A stretch of 58,207 bases of DNA, filler included, from Malassezia furfur (GCA_052055015.1; 3 parts of 3 records of this genome joined end to end with filler, not necessarily neighbours in it); one strand, 5' to 3'. Counted from the first letter of the whole stretch, positions 21,125 to 31,991 are shown. The notes: generated by a model not told the origin, from the sequence alone. A program made the numbers and translations.

Positions 21125-24100
21125 TCCTGTGCTGCTTGCCACGCCGTGCGCTGCTCGGGAGTGAGGCGCGCCGCCACGTCCGTGGGCGTGTGCCGCAGCG
21201 CCTCGGCGAGCGTCGCGACCCGGTCCAGCGACGCAATCGGCGCAAAGCCGGGCAGCGCCACGATCGGCGCCATGTACGGCGGGTCCTCGTCGCCGTCGTC
21301 GTCGAGGTCCACACCGAGCGCGCCGAGGTCGTCCAGGAACGCGAGCCGCCGCGCATCGCGCTCGGCGTCCGCGGCATTCGCCTCCTCGTCGTCCTCCCAG
21401 CCGTCGGCGTCCTCGGCGACCGCGCCCATGTCCACGGCGGCTGCCAAGTCCGCCGCGTGCGACCGCTCGTCGGCCTGCGCCTGGAAGTCGTGCACGAGCA
21501 GCTGCGCGACCTTGACACGCGCAGGGATCGCATCGTAGAGCTCCGCAGAGCGCGCCTTGGAGCGCGTCACAATCACTGCGTCAGCATACTCCCACGTACC
21601 ATCGGCAGGCACCGCACGCACGTCGCCCTTGACCGTGAGCGTGTCGAGCGAGGCAGGCCACTGGGTATAGAAGCGCGCGAGCGCCAGCAGGTGCAGGTTG
21701 GTCACCGCGTGCCCGATCGCCAGCTCGGCGTGCTCGAGCCACTTGGCCACGACCGCACGCAGCGCATCGCCCTCGCCGACGCTCGTCGCCGAGAGCAGGC
21801 GCACCACCTCGTCGGTGTGCTGCGCAAAGAGGAACTGCAGCGGGAAGAGCGTCGCCATGATGCAGTCGCTCGACGACGCGACCACCAGCTTCGCCGCCAG
21901 CGCATGCACGAGCCCCGGCATGACGCCCACAAGCGCCGACGCCGTCGACGCGCTCGCCGACGCCTGCAAGAACAGCGTCACGAGCAGCACACCAAACGGC
22001 ATGCCGATCGCCGCCTCGTCTTCGCTCTGCAGCTGGCGCTGCACGATGCGCAGCACAACCTCAAGCGCGGGCATGCCGTGGTCGTCCCACGCAAGCACGT
22101 CCTCGGGGCGCTTTTGGAAGAGCAGCGTCAGACAGAACACGAGGCTCTGCGCGGCCTCGACGTCGTCCACGTGCACGAGGTAGTGCGCCGCCGCGGCGAG
22201 CAGCGGAGCGACACTGCCCTCCAGCAGCGGTGCGGGTGCCGCCGCCAGCAGCGCGCGCGCCATCGCCGCGGCACTCGCACCCAGCCCAGTGCCCTGCGGG
22301 TCATCGTACAGCGCCTGCGCCGCGGCCTCCACGCCGAGGCGCACCACCTCCGCCGCGCCAGGGCCCGCACGGCGCACGAGCGACTCGAGGAGCGCCGCAA
22401 GCGAGATCTCCACCTGCGGATCCGCCGCATGCGCACGCCACGTCTGCAGCGCCGCGCGCCCCACGTCCACGAGCAGGGACGCGTCCGCATCGGTGAACGG
22501 CGCATCGAGCGCCGCATCGACGGCGTCGATCACCAGCACGAGCGGACTGCCGTGCGCGTGCAGGAGCAGCGGGCCGAGCTCGCGCACGATCGCACGCGCA
22601 TCGTCGACGGGCAGCGCGTCGCTGAGCTGCGCAAGATTGCGCACCGCTCGCACCGCCGACAGCTTCACGTGCAGCGGCGCCTCGGCGTCGGGCGCGTGCA
22701 GCACCTGCATCGCCTCGGCAAACACGCTGTGCCGGAAGCCCTCGTCGAGCAGGCTGATGTACTGCGACACAAACACAAAGCTCCGTCCGCGCAGGAACGA
22801 CGGCGTGCCGCGCGCCATCGACGGAACCGCGATCGTCTGCACGACGTCCAACGGCCGGAGCATGTGGTCGTCGCCGGAGGCGGTGTCGAGCACTTCCTCG
22901 ATCAGGTTGTGGGTGTTGCCCAGCAGCATCAGCAGCGCCTCGCGCCACTTCCACGGAATCACGCCGTCGGCGTTGGGCACATCGCCCGTGCTTGGTGTGT
23001 GCTCTACCGCACGTGCCACGCCGCCCAGCACGCGCAGCAGCGGCAACGGGTAGGTGTCGAGCAGCTGGTCGAGGAAGTCGGTCGCCGACGTGCGCAGCGT
23101 GACCAGCATGCTCTCCTCGTCGTCCTCATCGACAAACGCGGAAGGGTCGTCCTCAAACAGCTCTTCGTCCTCATGCGTGATCTGCGCATAGACGGTGAGC
23201 AGGCGCACGAGATGCGCAAACGCGCCGGTCGCGGCGCCCTCGCCGCCCGTGCCGCCCTCGACGAGCAGTGCACGCAGCGCACGCGTCTCGAGCGTCTCAG
23301 CAAATAGGTTGAACAGCGCCGTGGCCACGCCGGGGACGCCGCACGCAACGTCCGCGTCGCCGTCCGGCGTACTCGGCTCGTCGTACACAGGATCGGCGGC
23401 GAGCTCGACTTGCGCAAACAGCGGCGCAAGCTGCTCAAGGTTCGCGATGCACGTAACCATCAGCGTGGACGCGGCAGGCGCAAACTGCTTGCGGAAGCGC
23501 GACGCAACGCCAAGCGTCCGTACAATCTCGCGGCGCAGACCCAGCACCTCCCATGTACGCGCCTCGCGCCAGTCTGCCTGCGCATAGAAGGAGGCGTCCA
23601 GCAACGTGTGCAGCGCGTCGAGCCAGGGGGGCAGGTAGCGCGCCACGGCCTCGTCCACCGTCTGCGCATACGTCTCGCGCACCGTGTGTAGACTCGTGAG
23701 GCACTGGCGGAATACAAGCACACACCGTGCCTTGGTGTGCGCCGAAACCGACACGCTGTCGTCTGCCAGGATCTGTTGCAGTGGGGGAATAAACTGCTGG
23801 GCAATCTCAAGCAGCTGGTTCTCGTCCAGTTCGACCTGCACAAAGTCGGACAAGAACTTCATGGTACCGTTTACACGGTCCGCGGCGCGGGCGTCGCTCG
23901 CGTGATACGCAAGCAGGTAGTCGCGCAGTACGGGAAGCAGCTCGGGGAAGTGGTCAGGGAAGTCGCAGCTCCCGACGATGGAGAGCAGCTGAGCGGCAAG
24001 GAGCCGGATCTTGCGCTCGGCATCGCCAAGCGCCTCGAGAAGCAGGAGGTGCACGGTGTGCTTAGCATCCTCGGGCACCGCGCCGGCATCGCCCACGGCA

Positions 24101-24363
24101 TTTGCGGTCGTCGCCTGGCGCAGGTACTCGTCAAAGTAGATCGACCACCGCTCATACACATACTTCTTCAGCGCAATCCCGGCCGCCTGTCGCAGCGGCA
24201 GCGACACGGTATTGTCGGCAAAGACACGCGCCAACTCGATACCGTACGCACCCTGAGGGTCATTGATGGGGTAGGCACGCTGCTCAAGACTCGTCTCGGC
24301 CTGCTGTCGCACGGCAGGCTCGCTGGAGAGCGAGCTCGCAAGGCACGTCACCAGCGCGTCCAT
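21109..24363 (-). CDS. KAP114: Importin-9/Kap114 (probable in-frame 24-nt intron 21576-21599)
   Basis: IBN_N-type N-terminus (RQAAGIALKKYV..W), acidic FEDDPSAFVDED, C-terminal IVTRSKAR. Confidence 0.85.
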   Translation of the reverse strand: MDALVTCLASSLSSEPAVRQQAETSLEQRAYPINDPQGAYGIELARVFADNTVSLPLRQAAGIALKKYVYERWSIYFDEYLRQATTANAVGDAGAVPEDAKHTVHLLLLEALGDAERKIRLLAAQLLSIVGSCDFPDHFPELLPVLRDYLLAYHASDARAADRVNGTMKFLSDFVQVELDENQLLEIAQQFIPPLQQILADDSVSVSAHTKARCVLVFRQCLTSLHTVRETYAQTVDEAVARYLPPWLDALHTLLDASFYAQADWREARTWEVLGLRREIVRTLGVASRFRKQFAPAASTLMVTCIANLEQLAPLFAQVELAADPVYDEPSTPDGDADVACGVPGVATALFNLFAETLETRALRALLVEGGTGGEGAATGAFAHLVRLLTVYAQITHEDEELFEDDPSAFVDEDDEESMLVTLRTSATDFLDQLLDTYPLPLLRVLGGVARAVEHTPSTGDVPNADGVIPWKWREALLMLLGNTHNLIEEVLDTASGDDHMLRPLDVVQTIAVPSMARGTPSFLRGRSFVFVSQYISLLDEGFRHSVFAEAMQVLHAPDAEAPLHVKLSAVRAVRNLAQLSDALPVDDARAIVRELGPLLLHAHGSPLVLVIDAVDAALDAPFTDADASLLVDVGRAALQTWRAHAADPQVEISLAALLESLVRRAGPGAAEVVRLGVEAAAQALYDDPQGTGLGASAAAMARALLAAAPAPLLEGSVAPLLAAAAHYLVHVDDVEAAQSLVFCLTLLFQKRPEDVLAWDDHGMPALEVVLRIVQRQLQSEDEAAIGMPFGVLLVTLFLQASASASTASALVGVMPGLVHALAAKLVVASSSDCIMATLFPLQFLFAQHTDEVVRLLSATSVGEGDALRAVVAKWLEHAELAIGHAVTNLHLLALARFYTQWPASLDTLTVKGDVRAVPADGTWEYADAVIVTRSKARSAELYDAIPARVKVAQLLVHDFQAQADERSHAADLAAAVDMGAVAEDADGWEDDEEANAADAERDARRLAFLDDLGALGVDLDDDGDEDPPYMAPIVALPGFAPIASLDRVATLAEALRHTPTDVAARLTPEQRTAWQAAQDYTPT

Positions 24364-24946
24364 GCCGAGAAGCGCGTCGTGCGAAGGGGTGGATCACGTG
24401 GTGCAGGCCAGGCACACAATAGGCGTGCCAGGCCGGGGGCGGAGCAGGACCCGGCGCTGACTTTGTGTGACATACGACACAAGGCGAGTGCGCAAGTAGG
24501 CAGCCGAGTCAGAGAAGCTGCGGGGGATCTAGAGCAGCAAACGACCTGTTCTATGAACAGCAACTCCTACGGTGGACACTGCGACGCCTAGTCGGTTGCC
24601 CATGCCTCACCCATGCTGCGACACTCGGTGTGCATGTGCCATTTTTCTACACGGCGCTGCGCCAGACAGTTGCGGCGCACGCAGCGCGCAGTACGGCGCA
24701 GTCGGAGAAACATTCAGGCGCGCCGTGCGCGCGCGCGCGGTGCGGCGCATCGTCGGGCGAAAGGCTCGGCTCGTATCACGTGCAACTGACCCTCGCAGCT
24801 GGCAAAATTTTCTAGCCGCGTGTGCCGGAAGAAAGAGTTGGAACTTTACAAGTGCCATCGCCCAACTCGGCGACTTGATCGTGGACGGCGTAGAGACAGC
24901 TTGGAACGTTCGGGTCGAATTCAATACACATTAACACAACACCATC

Positions 24947-26545
24947 ATGACAGTCGACTTCTTCCAAGCATGCCAGCAGGGCGACGTGGCCGCTGTTCGT
25001 CAGCAGCTCGAGCAGAACCCCGCCTTGGCCAACGCACATGGTACGTGTGCATCCCAGCTTACACCAGATGACACCAAGGGTTCGCCACTCACTCTTGCCG
25101 CGCAGGCGGGGCACACCGAGGTCGTCCGCGAGCTCCTCGCACACAGTATGTCGCACGACACTCACACAGACGCCGACGCTCGCTTGGCTCAGGCACAGGT
25201 GACGTCCACCGATACCAACGCTGAGGCACTCAGCGTTCTCCGTGAGGCTGCGCTGCATGCCGACACGCGCCTCGCGAACGGCGCCGCGCCACACGGTCAA
25301 AAGAGCGATGCACACGAAGGGAATACGAACGCCAATTTGCCACCCCCGGAGGTCGCTCGCATGATTCCGTGCCGCTTCTTCCCTAACTGCCGCTACGGTG
25401 ACCGCTGCCTCTTCTTCCACCCGACGGGCCCGATGATGGCGCCGCCGCAGGGCGCACAGCCCATGTTCTTCCCCGGCCCAAACGGCATGCCTTTCTCCCC
25501 GGCGCCAGGCGCTTACGGTGTGCCGCCGCCGCAGTTTATGGACATGAACCACCCCATGATTCCGATGCACTACGGTCCCAACGGCATGCCGCTCTACCCG
25601 CAGCAGCCCGTGCCTGCGCCTGAGGCAGGCGTGGAGCCGAACGGCGAGCAGGCTGCTGCGCAGCCCGCCGCGCAGCCCGAGGCCAGTGGTACGGACACGG
25701 AGATGGACGCGTTGGCCAACAGCATGGATACCCTGGGAAGCAGCCACATGGACGCAGACACCGCTTCGACCAACGCGCCCCGTGCCGGCCGCGCTACGAA
25801 CAAAAACAAGAGTGGCAACAAGGGTCGCAACGACTCGACGAACGGCGCGCAGCGCAACCGTTCTAACAACGGTAGCCGCCCGTCTTGTGCCTTCTTTGCA
25901 CGCTCCGCGTGCCGCTACGGTAACGACTGCCGCTTCCCCCACATTCTCCCGGACGGTACCGACGCCCGCACGCTCCCGAACGAAGACGGGAAGACCAAGG
26001 GCAACGCGCCGCGCCGCGCACAAAACGCATCGACGGAACGCGCCTCGACCGACTCGCCCGACTCGCCGACGGCGGGTGCGGCCGGCGCAAAGAAGTCGAA
26101 CCCCCGCAACGCCCGCACGGCGGGCACCAACAGCACTCGTGGTAAGGGCGCTCGTCGCGGCACGGCCCCGGCGCCCAACCGCAAGACGGTGCAGCGCGTG
26201 CCCAACAGCGACGAGTTCCCTGCGCTTCCGGGCGGTGCGCCGGGTGCTGCGCGCCCCGACACCGCGGGCGAGAACAACTCGGCCGAGAACAACGCCGAGA
26301 ACAAGCCCAAGGCCAACTTCTCGGCGATCCTGAGCGCCCCGGCGCCGCCCAAGCCGGCCAAGGCCCCCAAGGCCGAGGGCGAGGAGGCTGCTAAGCCGGC
26401 GGCCACTGCCCCGGCTCCCGCCGCTGCCGAGCAGGAGCCGGCGGCACAGCACGAGTCCAGCCCGCAGCAGACCTCGAGCGCCACGGCGAGCCCGCGCGAC
26501 TTTGCGACGGTGGCTGCGGCGCAGTCGAACGCGGTCACTGCGTAA
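24947..26545 (+). CDS. Ankyrin-repeat and tandem CCCH zinc-finger protein (probable introns 25041-25067, 25146-25169)
   Basis: SPLTLAAQAGHTEVVRELL ankyrin repeat; CCCH fingers CRFFPNCRYGDRCLFFH and CAFFARSACRYGNDCRFPH. Splicing the second intron gives LLAHNADA, matching the ankyrin consensus. Confidence 0.8.
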   Translation: MTVDFFQACQQGDVAAVRQQLEQNPALANAHGTCASQLTPDDTKGSPLTLAAQAGHTEVVRELLAHSMSHDTHTDADARLAQAQVTSTDTNAEALSVLREAALHADTRLANGAAPHGQKSDAHEGNTNANLPPPEVARMIPCRFFPNCRYGDRCLFFHPTGPMMAPPQGAQPMFFPGPNGMPFSPAPGAYGVPPPQFMDMNHPMIPMHYGPNGMPLYPQQPVPAPEAGVEPNGEQAAAQPAAQPEASGTDTEMDALANSMDTLGSSHMDADTASTNAPRAGRATNKNKSGNKGRNDSTNGAQRNRSNNGSRPSCAFFARSACRYGNDCRFPHILPDGTDARTLPNEDGKTKGNAPRRAQNASTERASTDSPDSPTAGAAGAKKSNPRNARTAGTNSTRGKGARRGTAPAPNRKTVQRVPNSDEFPALPGGAPGAARPDTAGENNSAENNAENKPKANFSAILSAPAPPKPAKAPKAEGEEAAKPAATAPAPAAAEQEPAAQHESSPQQTSSATASPRDFATVAAAQSNAVTA

Positions 26546-27135
26546 GAACTGGACGCAAAGCTCACACGTCTGATGACCTTGCATCTTGAGACCCTTTTTT
26601 TTTTCTGAGGAACATGCGCCTGGCTGTGGATCGCACCCCAGTCGGGTGCGTGAGACTGCTTGTCGATGTACAATACCCGACTTTTTGCCTCGTCATCGTC
26701 AAAAAAACTAGAAAAAAAGAAATCTGGACTTTCGTCCCCTACCTCTCTCTCTCTTCCACGACTCGTAAGCGTTGACTTGTCTTGATAGACTCTCGCTTGC
26801 AACCCCTATGTGTATAGTGTCGGTAGTGCATGCGAACCATGCCGGCCTGTGCGCATCCCCCTCTTACTTCTATTCACGGATTCCGTGTATCCAATCGAGT
26901 TGTCGGTATTTGGCGCTTTTTTTCTCTGTGGGCCATGTGGAGTATCCATAGATTCTGACCGCGGCCCTGTGGTAGATACAAAGTGGGGCCGTGTTCCATG
27001 GCTTCCGGTGGCATACCAAAAGTACAACTTAGGGTTGGACCAACAAGGGAGGCGCGCATGGCTATTATCGCTGTGTACACATGTTTTGCACCGCCATGGC
27101 TTGGCGACAGAACGCTGTAAAAGGTGTGAGTCGGC

Positions 27136-28169
27136 ATGGTCCGAGCGCGGAAGCGGCCCGCACCCGCACGAGACGTAGCCGAGTGGCTCGTCCAACGCCA
27201 TAAATACGGCGCACCCATAGCGCAAGCAGTGAAAGAGATGGCCGTCCACGTCTCCAGTATCCCGCTTCTCATGTGCATGCAGCCGGTGTATCTCTGGCCG
27301 CCGCCGCTTACGACTGTACCTGTTCGTCAAGTTTGGCCCGAGAAAGGCGCCGAGCGGCCACAAGCCACGGAGCCGGTAGACAGACAAGCCTCATACACAC
27401 GCGTGCGACTATGGCTCTATGCCCGGGGCTTTCCATATGGCACCGAACCCTGTCGCGCGCTGGAGACCGACCTTCATGCCTTCTTCTCGAATTGGGCACC
27501 GGTCGAATGTGTTGTGGCAAACATTGATGCTACAACAGGCTGGACACAGGGCATCTATGTGGGATTCGTGCACCCTGTCTATGCCCAGGCAGTCCTCGAT
27601 GGCGCACCCTACGTGCCATTCTATGGGCTGTTTCTGTGCATCGAGCCGGTTCGAGGTGAGGCCACCTTGCGGATCCGCTTCCCACACCAAGGCACATGCC
27701 CGGCCGGAGAAATGGCGTCATCCGTGCTGGAAACGCGCACTGCGTCGCTCCTCGCACCACTCCGTCGAGATGGCCATCCCCACACAGCCTTGTCTGGCCA
27801 AGCGGTGGGTCCCAGTCTAATGCAGCTCGTAAATCATCTCACAGAATGCTACGGAGACATTCAACAGGCCGCCGAGGTGGAATACGGCCAGGATCGCGTG
27901 CTGGATATCACGTTCACCCACCGGACCTATGCAGCGCAGGCGCTCGATGTACGTCGCTCGCTGATCGCAGGAGCTCTTGCTGCTCACTCAATCACACCAA
28001 TTCGATGTGCACTGGAGCCCAGCACAAGACATAGTGCCCCAGCCGCGCCCCTCCCGTATCCAGATCTATGCGCCACATCCAGCGCACAGGGCAACCGAGG
28101 AATGCTCGACAAAATAGGTATGCGTCTGGTAGAGTACAGATTTCTAGTCGGTGGCCGCCACAGTCTTGA
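27136..28169 (+). CDS. Hypothetical protein with degenerate RRM-like segments (candidate 22-nt intron 27949-27970); 5' end uncertain
   Basis: LWLYARGFP...IYVGF and YGDI...LDITF resemble RNP2/RNP1 patterns. Splicing gives ...FDVHWS and a stop at 28169. Confidence 0.4.
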
Positions 28170-28550
28170 GCTGGGTGAGCCATCGAAACGCACCTGCAGG
28201 CCGTGGATCCCCTGGATCACCTCCTTAATCTCCTTGTTCACCATGCGATGCGCCTGAATTGTCGATTTGCCATCGAACGCCTTCGATTTGAGCAGGATGG
28301 CAAAGAAGGAGCCACACCCGCCTACGATGAGCACCGATCACGTACCGCTAATGTCCTGCACTTGCAGATCCACCGGTTGGAATTTTTCCTTGAGGATGCT
28401 CACAATGCGGTTCTGCTTGGCTTCCGGCGAGGAGAGGTCCTCGCTGCGAGCGACAGACGACGAAGCAAAGCTGCGCATGTATTCCGACCTCGGCACGGCC
28501 ATATTCCGCAGCGGCACGCGCTGCGCACGAAGTGCTTGGCGCACGAACAT
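28144..28550 (-). CDS. BOL3: Mitochondrial BolA3-like protein (introns 28322-28345, 28171-28193)
   Basis: Splicing restores QDISGGCGSFF and IHGLQLKT; N-terminal presequence; HRMVNKE motif. Confidence 0.9.
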
Positions 28551-28619
28551 GTTGGACGAGAGACAAAAGTGGCTGATGACAAATGGGCAATTCCACCTCC
28601 ACAGCGGGGTATACGGTTG

Positions 28620-29870
28620 CTACTCGAAGTCGAATTCCAGCGCGTATGCGGTGGATTTCGGCGGACGGTGCGGCGCATCCGGAGACGAATGCCGGCGTTT
28701 CTCCCCTGCTGCCACCGAAGGAAAGCTTCCAAAGGTATCTGGGTGTGCGGGCAAGGGTGATTCGATGAAATAGGGATGCTGTAGCGCCTCCTCCGCTGTG
28801 ATGCGTCGCTCAGGATCGTACGTCAGCAGGCACTCCAATAGGTCGAGAGTCGCTGCGGTCGAGTAGCGAAAATGGTGGTGCAGATTGCTTTTGGTCGGCC
28901 CTGCGCTTTGCACGACGCGTCCGTTGGGTAGCGACGCAAGGCCTGGCCACGTCGCTTCGGTCGGCTTGCCTAGCAAGCGGAAGATACGCGCCAGCTGATC
29001 AGTTTCGTTCTTTCCCTGAAACAGTGGCTCCTTGAGCAGCAGCTCGCCAAAGATGCATCCCACCGACCACATATCCACGGCGGTGTCGTAGATCGACGTG
29101 CCCAATAGCAGCTCCGGTGCACGGTACCACAGGGTGACGACCAGCGCAGTCATGTCTTTGAGCGGGTCGCCAAATAGCCGCGCAAGGCCAAAGTCGGCGA
29201 TTTTTATGCGTCCGCGGTTCGTCATGAGCAGGTTGGATGTCTTCAAGTCACGGTGCACGATCCAGCGAGAGTGCATCAACGCGACGGCAGAGAGGAGCTG
29301 CTGCATCAATGTCTTGACCTCGGACGGAAGAAAAGGCGTGCGCATAGAGCTGAGTAGCGATTTCAGGTCATGCTCGACAAACTCCATCACGAGGAATACC
29401 TGGGAGAGGGTGTCACCGACCACGAGCTCCTTAAGCTCGACAATGTGCGGATGCCGCGCCTCTAGCAGGGTATGAATCTCGCGCAGCGACGTGATGGGAA
29501 AGCCCTGCTTCTCTTTGTCGAGTTTCAGCTGCTTGAGCGCGACAATTTCGCCAGTGGCTCGGTTACGCGCGCGCGACACGATGCCATACGAGCCTTCTTC
29601 AATGCGATTGAGCCGCTCAAATTCGGATACGGAGCGGCACCCGGAAATGGGTGGGTAGGCGCTGCGCGGCGGCATAGCCGACCGCGGCAACGGAGTATGG
29701 GGCACATTGCCCGATGTCGCCGTGTCCCGCAGGCGCCGCCGTGCGATCGAGGCCCGCGCGGCTTCCTTGGCGCGTGCTTCGCGCTCGGCTGCCTCGCCCG
29801 CGGCATCGGCGCCGCGGTCGTCTACCGCGTCGTCCTCGGTGCGCCGTGGGGCGCCGCCGTCCATGGCCAT
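28620..29870 (-). CDS. CDK11/CDK10-family (PITSLRE) cyclin-dependent kinase
   Basis: IEEGSYG, GFPITSLREI, HRDLKTSN, DFGLAR, VVTLWYRAPE. Start is ATG 29870 or 29864. Confidence 0.92.
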   Translation of the reverse strand: MAMDGGAPRRTEDDAVDDRGADAAGEAAEREARAKEAARASIARRRLRDTATSGNVPHTPLPRSAMPPRSAYPPISGCRSVSEFERLNRIEEGSYGIVSRARNRATGEIVALKQLKLDKEKQGFPITSLREIHTLLEARHPHIVELKELVVGDTLSQVFLVMEFVEHDLKSLLSSMRTPFLPSEVKTLMQQLLSAVALMHSRWIVHRDLKTSNLLMTNRGRIKIADFGLARLFGDPLKDMTALVVTLWYRAPELLLGTSIYDTAVDMWSVGCIFGELLLKEPLFQGKNETDQLARIFRLLGKPTEATWPGLASLPNGRVVQSAGPTKSNLHHHFRYSTAATLDLLECLLTYDPERRITAEEALQHPYFIESPLPAHPDTFGSFPSVAAGEKRRHSSPDAPHRPPKSTAYALEFDFE

Positions 29871-29887
29871 CCGCGCCGAGTTCCTGT

Positions 29888-29893
29888 CACGTG
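29888..29893. promoter_or_regulatory. CACGTG site in the 25-bp ERG26-CDK spacer
   Basis: GTCACGTG lies between the ERG26 stop (29896) and the CDK ATG (29870). Confidence 0.45.
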
Positions 29894-29895
29894 TT

Positions 29896-31323
29896 CTATT
29901 TGGTCTTGGCCGATTCGTTCGGACGCTCGCGCTCGACCGGGTGTTCTGTCTTCCACCAGGCGACGCTGCGGTCGATCGCCTCGTCCATGCCCACCAGGGG
30001 CTCGTATCCAAGGACGCGACGCGCCTTTTCAATGTTGTAGTAACGCGCGCACACCGTGTACACCACGCGATACCGCGTGAACTGCACCGGGCGGCGGGTG
30101 ATGAACGAGAACAGCTCGGCAAGCAGCGCAAGGAACATGGCGAGCCGCAGACCCAGCACCCATACCGTCTTGTCCGAGACCACATGCCCGTCGTAGCGAT
30201 ACCATAGCGCGCGGGGGAAGTCCCAGAACGCAATGGGCTGCCCGTTCGTGATGAAGAACGCCTCGCCGGCCGCCGACAGCGAATCCTTGGCGAGCGAATG
30301 CACCTTGGGACGCGGGTTCCCGCCCGCGGCCATCGTGGGGTACGCATGATGGAAGAGCGGATCAAAGCGGTTGCGGAACACCGCGCGGCTGTCTAGGCCG
30401 GTCTTGTCGTCCATGCGGTCCTTGTGGACACGCGCATAATCCGTAGCAGGGGCCGGCACTTCCTGGCGGTTCGTCGAGATGGGCACCTCGCGGTACAGGC
30501 CGACTTCCTCCTCACCAAGCGCACGGTGTGGCAGGTGCTCGGTGACCAGCAGGGCGGAATCGTACTCCTTCGGCGGGTGCGCATTCGGGCCCTCGGCGAC
30601 GCCCAGCGCATCGGCAGCCAAAAGGTGCGCGTGGGCGACGTTCTCGACGTACGTCCAGTCGAACAGATTGCGGTTGTTGCCGATCTGCACGTTGGTCCGG
30701 CCGGACGCGAGCACGTTGAAGAAGCCAGGCAGCGCCTGGCGGTCTCCCGGGCCAAAGATGCCCGCGGGGCGCAGCGACACGGTCTTCAGACCCTCGGGGT
30801 CGTTGGCGGCGAGCACGGCGGTCTCGGCGCGGGCCTTGGTGTCGTTGTAGGCGTCCAGAGGCGTCAGCGGGTACTGCAGACGCTCGTCGACATACACCAG
30901 GTCGCGCCCGCCGAACACCACGCCGGCGCTCGAGGTGAACACAAACTTGGCAATGTGGTTGGCCTTGTCCTTGGCGACCTGCAGCAGGGTATGTGTGCCT
31001 TCGACATTCACCTTTTCGTACACCTGTGCCCCGAGACCCGCAACGGGGCTCGCCGTGTGGTACAGCACAACCGACAGCGGCTCAGACAGGGACTTGCTCG
31101 TGGCCTTCTGTGCATTCTGCAGCGCCTTGGTGACCGAGGCTTTGCTCGTCAGATCGCCCTCGAAGTAATGCACGCCAGCGACCGGCTCGGCCGGCTCGCG
31201 CAGGTCAAAGACCGCAACGGACTTCTCGCCACGATTCACAAGTGCATGGACGATATGCGAGCCCAGGAAGCCCGCGCCGCCGATCACAAAGTGCAATTCC
31301 TGCGTCGGAGCGCTGCGCGACAT
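29896..31323 (-). CDS. ERG26: Sterol-4-alpha-carboxylate 3-dehydrogenase (C-3 sterol dehydrogenase)
   Basis: GGAGFLG, YNDTK, LRPAGIFGPGD, FDWTYVENVAHAH, AGEAFFITN. Confidence 0.93.
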   Translation of the reverse strand: MSRSAPTQELHFVIGGAGFLGSHIVHALVNRGEKSVAVFDLREPAEPVAGVHYFEGDLTSKASVTKALQNAQKATSKSLSEPLSVVLYHTASPVAGLGAQVYEKVNVEGTHTLLQVAKDKANHIAKFVFTSSAGVVFGGRDLVYVDERLQYPLTPLDAYNDTKARAETAVLAANDPEGLKTVSLRPAGIFGPGDRQALPGFFNVLASGRTNVQIGNNRNLFDWTYVENVAHAHLLAADALGVAEGPNAHPPKEYDSALLVTEHLPHRALGEEEVGLYREVPISTNRQEVPAPATDYARVHKDRMDDKTGLDSRAVFRNRFDPLFHHAYPTMAAGGNPRPKVHSLAKDSLSAAGEAFFITNGQPIAFWDFPRALWYRYDGHVVSDKTVWVLGLRLAMFLALLAELFSFITRRPVQFTRYRVVYTVCARYYNIEKARRVLGYEPLVGMDEAIDRSVAWWKTEHPVERERPNESAKTK

Positions 31324-31354
31324 CGTAGGCAAAAAAGCAGCGCAGTGCGAAAAC

Positions 31355-31360
31355 CACGTG
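31355..31360. promoter_or_regulatory. CACGTG site in the 68-bp divergent ERG26/CHY promoter
   Basis: ACCACGTGGT palindrome centred between ATGs 31323 and 31392. Confidence 0.5.
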
Positions 31361-31391
31361 GTCTTCCCCCAGTCGACGCGTTGCGACGCCC

Positions 31392-31949
31392 ATGTGGTAC
31401 GTGGACACGGCTGACGCAGCAAGCACATTCTGAACGCGCAGGTGGCAGTCCGAGCACCGTGCTGCCGCAAATTCTTTGATGTACGTGTCAAGGCTCACAC
31501 AGTGTCCCCAATGCCACGATGAGCAAGAGTCACACCCGTTGGCCAAGACGACCGAGCTTGCGTTCCTATGCAAAAAGTGTCGGCGCGCCTTTCGCAAGGA
31601 CATGGCCGTATACGAGCCAGAGGACGAATACTGCCCACATTGCGACAACCACTACGTGATCGAGGCAAAAACGCCCCAGCTCATGCTCCAGGTGGAAGGG
31701 GAGGATGGTCGCGTCGATCCGAGGTACGTGCGCGCCGACTTATGCAGCATGATCCGCGACGAGCGTGTCAAGGAGCGCGCCCCCAGTACACAGGATGGCG
31801 CCAAGATTGACCATGGCGGATACCAGGCAGCGGCGGTCGCCTTCCAGCAAAAGCTCGCTTCGGGCCAAGCGACCAGCAACTCGTCGCACGCACCGCAAGC
31901 ACCTCAGATTCCGTTGGACCAGCTGGACGCAGAACTAGACTGGGACTGA
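31392..31949 (+). CDS. CHY-type zinc-finger protein (introns 31397-31419, 31481-31502, 31724-31747)
   Basis: Splicing yields MCKHILNAQVAVRAPCCRKFFDCPQCH...CKKC...CPHCDNH, a conserved fungal CHY protein pattern. Confidence 0.87.
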
Positions 31950-31991
31950 ACTACGTAGCTGCGGAAACAGATACCCGATTCAGGAATGGAT

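Noticed and set aside
26570..26610. TGATGA...CTGA resembling C/D snoRNA boxes
   Set aside because: The span is only about 40 nt with no terminal stem; likely 3' UTR.
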